A DNA stretch of 61,678 nucleotides, the filler included, from Anaerolineae bacterium (GTDB taxonomy: Bacteria; Chloroflexota; Anaerolineae; Epilineales; Epilineaceae), in assembly GCA_029262755.1 (NCBI GenBank). It is 3 parts of 3 records of this genome, joined end to end, with 100 filler letters (N's around TTAATTAATTAA, not from the genome) between each part and the next. Parts side by side here need not be neighbours in the genome. Positions count along the whole stretch, not along the records: positions 1 to 26,306 come from JAJCYU010000218.1; 2 more parts are not named here. One strand, given 5' to 3'. Below, piece after piece: positions 11,081-21,908 of the stretch; the stretch's first letter is position 1, and each line of letters begins with the position of its first letter. The notes beneath the pieces were generated by a model. That model was not told where the DNA came from. It saw only the letters and a list, made by a program, of their open reading frames with translations, and made no database searches. Position numbers and translations under genes: made by a program.

Positions 11081-14000
11081 TTACACGCCTTCGACGACCA
11101 GGCGCAGCCCGTCATCGCTCATGCGCCGGTCGGGATGGTTGCTCACGCGGAACGTGGCCGTGGTCAGGGTCGCGTCGCTGTTCCACGAGCCGCCGCGGAC
11201 TACGCGCCGCATTTCGGGGCCGGTATCCAGCATCTCACGACCGTCGTCGGAGCGGTACGGGTATAGGTAGCCTTCCTGATCCTCGTCGCGACCGAAGGCC
11301 GTCGAAGTCCACTCGAAGACGTTGCCGGCAAGGTCGGACACGCCCTCGGGCGTCTCGCCTTCGGGAAAGACGCCGATGGGCGTCGTCGTGCGCACGTGCG
11401 TTTCAACCGAGTTGCCGCGGAGCGGGTCGAAGATCTCCCCATAGGGGTAGAGACGGCCCGTCAGGCCGCGAGCGGCCGCTTCCCACTCCACCTCGCTCGG
11501 CAGGCGCACGTGCAGGCCCGTCTGCGCCGATAGCCAGCGGCAGTATGCGCGCGCTTCGTACCAACAGATTCCGACCACCGGCTGCGATGGATGGCTGAGC
11601 CGCCGATTGCGCCAGAAGGCCGGCTCGACGAGCCGCCCGCCGGGAAAGGTTTCACGCAACGAGCGCTCGAAGTCCGCTTCGTCCATCGCAAGCCAGCGCC
11701 GCCATTGGGCGCCGCGCTCTTCGCTCCACGTGCCGGCTGCCCGGAAATGCTCGACGAGCTCCGGCTCCGTGCGGAAGCGCTCGCGCCAATGACGCACGCC
11801 GGCGCGGATGCCCGCGGCCGTGCCCTTGCCCCGCCGCCAATCCGCCGCGGCCTCGCCTTCCCACCACTGCGCGTCCTCATAGCCGCCCGACTCGAGGAAG
11901 CAGCCCCACTCCGCGTTGGTCACGGGGAAGCGGGCGATGCGAAACGCCGGCAGCGTCACGAGGTGGCTTGGACCGTGATCGAAGCTTCGCCCGGCCCACA
12001 GGAAGGTCTGGTCGGTGCCGATCGGGTAAGTGCCCGCTGGAATCGCCACCCACGGCGGTAACAGGCTCCGACCGTCGGGCCCATCGATCGCGCCCAAGCG
12101 CGGGTCGCCCAACGCGCCGACGACGCGTCCCGCGTCGATTCGCGAGCGTAGGTCCGCCGCGGGGTCCGTCGAGCGCGCGACGATCTCGTCCCGCAGCCGT
12201 TCGACGAATGCCGGGCGCAAGCGCGCGCGCACCTCGCCCCGCGCGGCGCAGCGTCCGGCCAACGTCAGGTGGCGCTGCGCGACGGCCGAAACGAAGACCT
12301 CCGGCTCAGCCGCCATGGCCGCCGCAAGGATCGTCGTTTCGCGCCAGCCGCTGTCGCGCGGGCGGGGCAGCGGGTCCGCGGTGTCCAACCCGGCGAGCAG
12401 CTCGGCGAGCGGCGGCTCCATGTCCTCAGCGCGCCACGGCCGTTGCAGGAAGTCCAGGCCGCTACGAGGCAAGGCCGCCAGCTTGCGCGCCGCGAAGTAA
12501 GCCTGCAGCAGATGGTGGAAAAACTGAACCTCGTCGGCTGCCGGATCTTCCTCGAGCACGTTGAGATCGACCCCCGCGTGAAGGATCTCCTCGGCGTGGG
12601 GATGGTCGACAAACGCGGTTGCAACTTCATGTCGTGCACGTAGCTTCGCGTGCTCGCCCATGCTGGACCGGGCCTGGAGCGCGAAGGCCAACGCGGATAG
12701 CCCGGGAATGAGCGGTCCTCGCTCCGGCAAGCCCCAGGGGTCGGGCCAATGTGTCGCCTGCACGATCCGCAGGTGATCGCGTTCGCTGAGCAGCAACCCG
12801 GCCGCGAACAGCGGGTTGCCGGCCTCGACCTCGCGCCGCAGCGTGCGTCGGATAAAGGCGGTAAACAGGGCGGCCTGGCCGCGCGGGATCTCGCCGCGCG
12901 CCGCCACTTCCGCGATCAACATCGTGAGCACGTGCGGCGAGCGGAGCATGCCCAGATGCGGCGTACCCTCCAGATTGCGCCATAGGTAGCCCGCCAAGCC
13001 GGGACTATATGCCCGCAGGAAGCGCTGGATCTGCGCGTCGCTCATCGGCTCGATTCGAACCTGCGGCACCCGCAGCTCGGGCGTGGAAAGCGGCTGCCCG
13101 TAGTCGAGCGTCCGGCACGTGATCACCACCTGGTTACCGGGCCGCGGCGCGACCTCGGTCTGCAGGAAATGGCGCCACCGATCGATCCGCCGCCGGTAGT
13201 CCACGCCGTCCGCATGCGGCATTTCGTTCAATCCGTCCAACAGCAGCAGCGCCCGTCCCTCCTCGAGCAAGGAGGGCAACGAGGGTAGGTGGGGATGGCG
13301 ACGCGACCATTCGGTGGCGAGCCATTCCGCGACCTCGGGCGGCTCCGCGCCGGGCGTGCGAAATGTATTGAGCGCTACGTGAAACGTGACCGGCCCCGTC
13401 TCGCCGTCTTCGCCCTGCAGCGCGGCCACCGCCGCGTCCATTTCCAGGCGGCGCAGCAAGGTGCTCTTGCCCGAGCCGGGCGGGCCGATCACGATCAACG
13501 CCGGACCATCCGATTCCGCCAGCACCTCGCGTAGATCGGCGTGCCGCGCGGCGCGCGGCGCCCACCGTCCGGCGACCGCTTCCTCGCCCTGGTCGACCAT
13601 CAACGTCAGCTCCACGAAGCGGTCGTCGAGCTCGTAGCGCGGCTCGTTCCAACGCGCGATGCGCCCGAGCCGGTGCTCGCGCAGAGTCCGCGCGTCATGC
13701 CGCGCAAGCGCCGCGAGTTCCGCGGGGCTGAGCGCGACCGTGGTCGACGAGTCGAGCACCGCTGCCTCCAACGCGTCGAAGAGCGCCTCAACGGTGCGGG
13801 GCGCCACGTCCTCTGGATCGACGCCGACAATGTGCCGCACGCCGATCCGCCGCCGTAGCTCGCGCTGTGAGAGCGCGGCCGGCGCCGTGTCGATGTCGGG
13901 CAGGTCCGGATCGACGGCCTGGTAGAGGTGCTCGCCCTCATCCAAGCCCTTGAGCCATTGCGGCCCGTGATCGCGCAAGCCCACGCCCCAACGCGCCGCG

Positions 14001-14449
14001 GCATCGCCCACGTCTTCGATCGTAGCCAGGGACAGCAGCACCTGGCCGCCGTGCGCCGCGCCCGCAATGCGGGCGGCGCGGTTCACATCGAGCCCGACGT
14101 AGCCTTCCGCCGTGCGGGTGGGCGTGCCCGCGTGCAACCCCATCCGCACGAGCACCTCGCCCCCGTCCGGCCAGTCCTCGGCCGCCAACGCCCGTTGCGC
14201 ATCCAGGGCCGCGCGCAGCGCCGCTTCCGCGGTGCGAAAGACGTAGAAGAACGCGTCACCCTGCGTATCGACCTCGAACCCGTCCTGCGCGACAAACGCC
14301 GCGCGCAGCAGATCGCGATGACGCTCTTGCAACGCGGCATATCGATCAGCGAAGCGCTTGACCAGCTCGGTCGAGCCCTCGATGTCGGTAAACAGCAACG
14401 TGAGCCGGCCCTCGGGCAGGCGGCGCTCGGAGGTCGTGGGCAGGCGCAT
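11081..14449 (-). CDS. Class III nucleotide cyclase - NACHT/STAND NTPase - FGE-sulfatase (SUMF1/C-lectin fold) protein
   Basis: Cyclase LFTDIEGST/TQGDAF/VNRAARI; Walker A GPPGSGKST, Walker B LLLLDGLNE, ITCR; FGE motifs FPVTNAEW, PVVGICWYEA, RLPSEVEWE, DLAGNVFEW, RGGSW. Confidence 0.9.
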   Translation of the reverse strand: MRLPTTSERRLPEGRLTLLFTDIEGSTELVKRFADRYAALQERHRDLLRAAFVAQDGFEVDTQGDAFFYVFRTAEAALRAALDAQRALAAEDWPDGGEVLVRMGLHAGTPTRTAEGYVGLDVNRAARIAGAAHGGQVLLSLATIEDVGDAAARWGVGLRDHGPQWLKGLDEGEHLYQAVDPDLPDIDTAPAALSQRELRRRIGVRHIVGVDPEDVAPRTVEALFDALEAAVLDSSTTVALSPAELAALARHDARTLREHRLGRIARWNEPRYELDDRFVELTLMVDQGEEAVAGRWAPRAARHADLREVLAESDGPALIVIGPPGSGKSTLLRRLEMDAAVAALQGEDGETGPVTFHVALNTFRTPGAEPPEVAEWLATEWSRRHPHLPSLPSLLEEGRALLLLDGLNEMPHADGVDYRRRIDRWRHFLQTEVAPRPGNQVVITCRTLDYGQPLSTPELRVPQVRIEPMSDAQIQRFLRAYSPGLAGYLWRNLEGTPHLGMLRSPHVLTMLIAEVAARGEIPRGQAALFTAFIRRTLRREVEAGNPLFAAGLLLSERDHLRIVQATHWPDPWGLPERGPLIPGLSALAFALQARSSMGEHAKLRARHEVATAFVDHPHAEEILHAGVDLNVLEEDPAADEVQFFHHLLQAYFAARKLAALPRSGLDFLQRPWRAEDMEPPLAELLAGLDTADPLPRPRDSGWRETTILAAAMAAEPEVFVSAVAQRHLTLAGRCAARGEVRARLRPAFVERLRDEIVARSTDPAADLRSRIDAGRVVGALGDPRLGAIDGPDGRSLLPPWVAIPAGTYPIGTDQTFLWAGRSFDHGPSHLVTLPAFRIARFPVTNAEWGCFLESGGYEDAQWWEGEAAADWRRGKGTAAGIRAGVRHWRERFRTEPELVEHFRAAGTWSEERGAQWRRWLAMDEADFERSLRETFPGGRLVEPAFWRNRRLSHPSQPVVGICWYEARAYCRWLSAQTGLHVRLPSEVEWEAAARGLTGRLYPYGEIFDPLRGNSVETHVRTTTPIGVFPEGETPEGVSDLAGNVFEWTSTAFGRDEDQEGYLYPYRSDDGREMLDTGPEMRRVVRGGSWNSDATLTTATFRVSNHPDRRMSDDGLRLVVEGV

Positions 14450-14620
14450 CGGCTTCCTCGGGCTCTCCCGCCCGCGTGTCGGGAGGAGGGGTCAGCCCGA
14501 AGTATAAACGGCTCCACGGCCGCCGCCGCCTCTGGACGGTATGGCGGCCGTCGGACCCATGAGGACGCCAACAATCCACGCCAACGGACACGTCGGCGTA
14601 GCTCGCGGCACGATTCCTCG

Positions 14621-15112
14621 CTACCCCGTGCTCGCGGGCGCCTCGCCGCTCCCCCCGCTGCTTGCCTCGCCGCTTTGCCCCAAGGCGGGATGGCCGATCG
14701 TCGCCGCCCATGCGAGCACGCCGACCAGCGCCAGGATGCCCGGCGCGAGCAGCGGGTTTGCGCCGAACAGGGCGTTCCAGGCCCGCGCCATGCCTTCGAT
14801 CTGCGGCTTGACCTCAGCCTCGATAGCCAGGTTGCCGCTCATGTGTTGCGCCATGCCGACCACGCTGCCGGCCACCAACAGCGGCATCGTCCACTGTAGG
14901 GCGCGCACGCTGGTGGGCCCGGGTCGACGCACAAGCCAACCGATCATCCCCAGCGCGAGCGACGCGAGCACGAAGGGCGTCCATTGCAGGACGCCCTCCG
15001 TATGCTCGGTCAGCACGAGTTCGACGATGGTGCCGGCAGCGCAAGCCGCGGCCGCGCCGAGCAAGACCGTGCGCAAGCGCGTCTCGACGCTGCGCGGCGA
15101 TGCTACGGTCAC
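14621..15112 (-). CDS. Hypothetical 4-TM membrane protein
   Basis: Four hydrophobic segments; ELVLTEH and HMSGN motifs; 4-nt overlap with the upstream gene. Confidence 0.75.
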   Translation of the reverse strand: MTVASPRSVETRLRTVLLGAAAACAAGTIVELVLTEHTEGVLQWTPFVLASLALGMIGWLVRRPGPTSVRALQWTMPLLVAGSVVGMAQHMSGNLAIEAEVKPQIEGMARAWNALFGANPLLAPGILALVGVLAWAATIGHPALGQSGEASSGGSGEAPASTG

Positions 15113-15801
15113 GGGGCGGCGAGGTAGCCGGCGGCCACGGCGGTGTCCACGTCGGGCGCCTGCTGGGCGAGCGCCGCGAGGAGCGCATCGGCGTTCGCGT
15201 AGGGCACGCCGGCAGCGATCGCGTCGGCTGCGGCCTGGTCGAGCCCTGGAATCTGCATGAACGTGTCGGCGTCGGCGGTAGCCGGATCGATCGGCACGAA
15301 CAGGTACTGCAGATACTCGGCTACCTGCGCCTCGTCGACATACTTGCCGATCTCGCGCCGGAACTGCCCGATCGTGGCGTAGGGCCGATACTCGTCGAAC
15401 TCACGCGCCATGCGCTCACCCGAGTTGGGTACGGTCAGGAAGTCGTCGCGCGACGCAGTGTTGAGATTGATCAATACAGGCTTCGCCGTTGTTTCGGCCG
15501 GGGTCGTGTTGGATTCGGAATCGCTTTCGTCCGCGGCGGCGTCGGCCTCAGCAGCGTCGGCCTCAGCGTCGGCCTCAGCGGCGGCGTTCTCGGCGTCCGC
15601 GTTCGTAGCGGCATCGGAATCCGCGTTGGTCGCGGGATTGGCTGCGGCGTCGGCTGCGCCGTCGTTTGTTTCCACGACGGCCGCGGGCGCTTCGTCGACG
15701 ACCGGATCGGCGTCCGCGTCGGCGCATGCGCCGAGCGCGAACGGCAGCAGCAAGGCGCTTAGCAGCAAGGTCAGGTGGGTGCTGTGTGGCTTGCGGTTCA
15801 C
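15109..15801 (-). CDS. Lipoprotein with Ala/Asp-rich linker and tandem ComEA-like helix-hairpin-helix domains
   Basis: Lipobox ALGAC; INLNTASRDDFLTVP...EYRPY...FRREIGKY and IDPATADADTFMQIPGL; SD AGGAG before the GTG. Confidence 0.8.
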   Translation of the reverse strand: MNRKPHSTHLTLLLSALLLPFALGACADADADPVVDEAPAAVVETNDGAADAAANPATNADSDAATNADAENAAAEADAEADAAEADAAADESDSESNTTPAETTAKPVLINLNTASRDDFLTVPNSGERMAREFDEYRPYATIGQFRREIGKYVDEAQVAEYLQYLFVPIDPATADADTFMQIPGLDQAAADAIAAGVPYANADALLAALAQQAPDVDTAVAAGYLAAP

Positions 15802-15986
15802 GTAGGACTCCTGCGTGTGTGGGGGACGGTCGCGCCGATGGACACGCGCGAGCCATCGCTGCATGGACGGGAATACTCTGCGCCGTGCGCGCGCGAATCC
15901 CGTGATGCAGGTGTAAAAAAGGTGGGTTGTTCGGTCGGGCCGAATCGGTGACCGGAGGGCGGAAGCGGTCGGCTACGAACGTCTCG

Positions 15987-16886
15987 CTAGCGGTTGCCTT
16001 CCTCCTTGACCGGCAAGGACTTGAGATAGGTCCACAACGACCGCATTTCCCCTGCGTTCATCGTGCCGAATTGCGCATACGGCATCACGGGATCGAGCTT
16101 CGTGCCGTCCGGGCGCGTGCCCGTACGCAACGCGGTCACGAAGTCGCCCTCGGTCCACGTCCCGAGCCCCGTCTCTTCGTCGGGCGTGAGGTTGGCGGCC
16201 GGCGGCCAGTCCGGCGGCACGCCTGGTATTCGCCCGCCGCTCAAGCCGGGCCCGTGGCAACCGGTGCAGGTCGCGGCCAGGTACTCGCCATACGCGAGCG
16301 CATCGGACGGATCGGGCGCCTTTTCAATGGGCGCTTCGTGATCGACAACGTCGGCAGCCAGCCGCATCTCACCCACGACCAGCATCACGCGACCCAGCGG
16401 CCCGATGCCGGAAGGCGGACTCTCGCGATCCACCGGCGGTACGGACTCGAGGTAGACGATCAGGTTCCCGAGATCGTCGGCGTCCATGACCGTGAACTCT
16501 TCCGAAGGCATCAACTGGAGCGGTCGCCCGCCCCGGCTCAGGCCATGGCGGATCGCGCGCACCCAATCGGTGGTGGTGTAGTCCGCGACGACCGAGCCTT
16601 CGCCGGAGGTCAGGTTTGGCGCATGCACGGGGCCGATCATCGGATCGTCGATCACGGTCTCGCCGCCGAAGTCCGCGCCGTGGCATCCAGAGCAGGCGCG
16701 GATGACCGCGAGGTGCTCGCCGCGTGCCAAGGCAGCCTCGTCGGATGCGGACGGGAGTTCGATTTCGGCCACGTCGACGTCGATGGTCCTCCCCAGTTTT
16801 CGCTGGGATTCAAAGTAAACGCCTGTGCCAACGACCAACACGATTACCAGCAAAGCGCCCAGCAAGCGCGGCAAGATGCGCATCAT
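15987..16886 (-). CDS. Membrane-anchored diheme cytochrome c
   Basis: Two CxxCH motifs (CSGCH, CTGCH), APNLT/AANLTP motifs, LMPS/VMPY axial Met, N-terminal TM. Confidence 0.9.
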   Translation of the reverse strand: MMRILPRLLGALLVIVLVVGTGVYFESQRKLGRTIDVDVAEIELPSASDEAALARGEHLAVIRACSGCHGADFGGETVIDDPMIGPVHAPNLTSGEGSVVADYTTTDWVRAIRHGLSRGGRPLQLMPSEEFTVMDADDLGNLIVYLESVPPVDRESPPSGIGPLGRVMLVVGEMRLAADVVDHEAPIEKAPDPSDALAYGEYLAATCTGCHGPGLSGGRIPGVPPDWPPAANLTPDEETGLGTWTEGDFVTALRTGTRPDGTKLDPVMPYAQFGTMNAGEMRSLWTYLKSLPVKEEGNR

Positions 16887-16983
16887 CGCTCGTCCCCTTC
16901 CTGTACGGAGACCGCTATACGGTCGCGAGGGCGCTAGATTGGACCCAAGTGGCGACGCGTGCAAGGTGGTGGCGGGGGGTGGA

Positions 16984-17526
16984 TCAGCCGCTCGGACCCG
17001 CTCCCCAGCGCACATCGCTCATCCGCCCGATGAACTCCGGCAGGGCGGGGTGTCCCAACTGCTGGCGGATCATGTGCGCCTCGCCCGTGTGATACCAGTA
17101 GTGCCAGATGTTGCGCAGCAGCATCGTGCCGATGTCGTCGCGCATCCGGCCGTCCTCCAACGTGAACCGGGTGGCGGCGACGGCGTCGTCGATCGTGTCC
17201 AGATACGGATCGGCCGCCTCGGCGACCGCGCGCCACACACCCAGGGCCTCCTCGTAGTCCGGCGTGCTCGGCGGTGCCCCAAACCCGAAGCGCTTGCCGA
17301 GCCCGTCGACCACCGCCCGCCCTTGGGCGACGTCGACCCAGAACCACTGCTCTTGCGTGGCCAAATGCATGACGATCCACGACAAGCAGTTCGACGTCCC
17401 GAGCCGCTTCGTCGCATCCTCGGCAGTGACACCGTCGAGGCAACGTGCCATCTCGCTGCGCGCGAAACGTAGCTGGGTGACGAGGGGGTGGGGGGACGCG
17501 GCAGGCCCTGCGAGAGAAGATGGCAT
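16984..17526 (-). CDS. DinB/DUF664-family protein
   Basis: NCLSWIVMHLATQE ... HYWYHTGE His triad. Confidence 0.8.
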   Translation of the reverse strand: MPSSLAGPAASPHPLVTQLRFARSEMARCLDGVTAEDATKRLGTSNCLSWIVMHLATQEQWFWVDVAQGRAVVDGLGKRFGFGAPPSTPDYEEALGVWRAVAEAADPYLDTIDDAVAATRFTLEDGRMRDDIGTMLLRNIWHYWYHTGEAHMIRQQLGHPALPEFIGRMSDVRWGAGPSG

Positions 17527-17559
17527 GACTCAGGCTCCTAGGTGGGCGGATGCCGAAGC

Positions 17560-17922
17560 CTAGCGGAGCCACCACCAAGCGACCATGGCCAGGGACATGG
17601 TGGTCATAAGCACCCATCCGTGATCGATCGTCTCGCCCAGCGATTCTTCGCCGCGCTTCCGGCCAGGCCGCTCCTTGCGGTCTAGAACACCGAGGACCAG
17701 GCCGGCCGCGATCCACGCAGCGAGGATGGGCGCCATGAAGACAGGAGGCACACGTTCAAGATACGCATCGAGTAGCAAGAATCCTGTGGCTACGATGATC
17801 GTCAGCGCGGCGACCTGGGGTCGAAAGTGCCACCAAAGCGCTCTCCATCGTTTTGTCGCCATCAGGAAGATGCCCAAAAGCAACCATCCGACCCATATCG
17901 CATTCGACGGTGTCGACCACAC
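17560..17922 (-). CDS. Hypothetical small membrane protein
   Basis: Hydrophobic C-terminal part of ORF 17560..19218; GTG preceded by GAGGAG. Confidence 0.6.
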   Translation of the reverse strand: MWSTPSNAIWVGWLLLGIFLMATKRWRALWWHFRPQVAALTIIVATGFLLLDAYLERVPPVFMAPILAAWIAAGLVLGVLDRKERPGRKRGEESLGETIDHGWVLMTTMSLAMVAWWWLR

Positions 17923-18011
17923 ATCGATCTCCTCGCCCCGTAGCGCTCCCGGCGTCCGGTGGCGACGGATGAACCGTGAATCGTTCTTGGCCTTCGACCG
18001 TCGCGCAGACC

Positions 18012-19082
18012 CTACGCTCGTAGCAACCCGTGGTTCAGCCCGACCGCCAGTGCGAACACGGCCACGCCCATGCCCTGATGCACGAGTGCCACCGGCAACG
18101 CGACGCCGGTCATCACCGTCGCCACGCCGAGCGCGATCTGTACGCCGACGAGCAGCGCGAGGCCGCCGGACGCCGCGCGAACGCCGCGCAGCCTGCCGTC
18201 GCGCCGCAGCGTCCACCATAGCGCGACCGCTGCCATCAAGACGGCCCACGCCAGCCAGCGATGGACGAAGTGCACGGTCTCCGGCGCGCTCACCAGGTTG
18301 CGCCACGCCGGCTCGTAGCGCGCCAGCATCCCGCTCGGGACGAGCCGCCCGAACATCAGCGGCCACGTATTGGACAGCTGCCCGGCCCGCAAGCCCGCGA
18401 CGAACGCACCATAGGTGATCTGCGCGAGAACGAGGAGCATCAGCACACCGCCCAGCACGCGTGGCCCGCCCAACGCGGCATGGCGCGGCCCCGTGCGGGG
18501 CCCGTCGCGCAAGCCAAGCGCCGTCCACAGCGCAAGGGCGAGCAGCGCCAGCGCGGCCATCAGGTGGGCGGCGAGCCGCAGGTGGCTCACCGCGGGCTGA
18601 TCGACCAACCCACTCGCGACCATGTACCAGCCGAGAAAGCCCTGGAACCCGAACAACGCAGCGATGGCCAGAAACGGCGCCGAACGACGCCACGGAATGA
18701 CCCCCCGCAGGAGGAACCACGCCAGCGGCAGCACGACGAACAAGCCCGCCAGCCGTGCAGCAAACCGGTGGAACCACTCGATCATGTAGATCCGCTGATA
18801 GCCCGCGAGGCTCATGTCCGCGTTGACGGTCCGCCCTTCGGGACTCTGCTTGTAGGCCGCAAAGGCCTCCTGCCACGCCCCATCGCCGAGCGGCGGCACG
18901 ACCCCCGTGACCACCTCCCACTCCACGATCGACAGCCCCGAGCGCGACAGCCGCACAAAGCCGCCGACGAGCACGAGTCCCGCGACGATCGCCGCGACCG
19001 CGTACAACCAGCGGCGCACGAGGGCGGGCCGCGTGATCCCGTGCGTGGGGCGCGCGGAGTGGGCAGCGCTGGAGATCGACAT
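18012..19082 (-). CDS. ctaA: Heme A synthase (COX15/CtaA)
   Basis: GGFVRLSRSGLSIVEW, EWFHR, QGFLGWYMVASGL, HLRLAAHL, HFVHR, HQG. Confidence 0.93.
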   Translation of the reverse strand: MSISSAAHSARPTHGITRPALVRRWLYAVAAIVAGLVLVGGFVRLSRSGLSIVEWEVVTGVVPPLGDGAWQEAFAAYKQSPEGRTVNADMSLAGYQRIYMIEWFHRFAARLAGLFVVLPLAWFLLRGVIPWRRSAPFLAIAALFGFQGFLGWYMVASGLVDQPAVSHLRLAAHLMAALALLALALWTALGLRDGPRTGPRHAALGGPRVLGGVLMLLVLAQITYGAFVAGLRAGQLSNTWPLMFGRLVPSGMLARYEPAWRNLVSAPETVHFVHRWLAWAVLMAAVALWWTLRRDGRLRGVRAASGGLALLVGVQIALGVATVMTGVALPVALVHQGMGVAVFALAVGLNHGLLRA

Positions 19083-19341
19083 GGCCGTTGATTCTGGCGA
19101 CGGGGGGCGGGTCGGTCAACGGGGGATGGGCGGGAGGCAGGTCCAGATCGGGTGCGGTGGGGTGAGTACGGCTGGGCGGGTGGGGTACAGCGTCTGCGCG
19201 GCCGCCCCGTGAGCGCAAGAGCGTCCCCTATGCAGTTGGGATTCGTCCTTCTTCTTGCGGCCGGGGCATCGTGCCTTCGTTGGCTGCGTTATCGTCTTGG
19301 ATCAGGGACGTAGCGAACCGCGTTCCGGGGAGGCACATGCG

Positions 19342-21537
<2,196 letters not shown>

Positions 21538-21574
21538 CGCATGACGGGTGCCGGGGTTACAATTGCCCGCGTAC

Positions 21575-21647
21575 GCCCCCGTAGCTCAGGGGATAGAGCA
21601 ACGGTTTCCTAAACCGTGTGTCGTAGGTTCGAGTCCTACCGGGGGTA
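21575..21647 (+). tRNA. tRNA-Arg(CCT), CCA not encoded
   Basis: Acceptor GCCCCCG/CGGGGGT, D arm GCTC..GAGC, anticodon stem ACGGT/ACCGT with loop TTCCTAA, T arm GTAGG-TTCGAGT-CCTAC. Confidence 0.97.
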
Positions 21648-21653
21648 CACGTG

Positions 21654-21878
21654 ATGACCCATCCCACATCGTTTGCGGTCTGCATCCGTAATGACGGCTA
21701 TCCGGCTGCGCTCGAGGTGCGAAAGCATTATCGCGTTCTCCCTGATGCAGATGCTGGAGATGCCGGGTTGATCCGGGTCATCGACGAATCGGGGGAGGAC
21801 TATCTCTACCCCACCGAGTTCTTCGTGTCGATCGAGTTACCCCGTACGATCACGGACGTGCTGGAGTCGGCCGCCTAG
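21654..21878 (+). CDS. Conserved small hypothetical protein (RVIDESGEDYLYP family)
   Basis: CIRNDGYPAALEVRKHYRVLPD...IRVIDESGEDYLYP, recognised as a widespread roughly 75-aa family. Confidence 0.75.
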   Translation: MTHPTSFAVCIRNDGYPAALEVRKHYRVLPDADAGDAGLIRVIDESGEDYLYPTEFFVSIELPRTITDVLESAA

Positions 21879-21908
21879 CGTGTTGACGGTCATGGCATCC
21901 TACAGCCT

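Noticed and set aside
14453..14506. Hairpin covering the SD of the first cyclase-NACHT gene
   Set aside because: The 5' arm abuts a TATACT -10 box and would probably not be transcribed from that promoter, so a regulatory role is unsupported.
19100..19190. G-run cluster (possible G-quadruplex) upstream of ctaA
   Set aside because: Expected by chance at this GC content; there is no other support.
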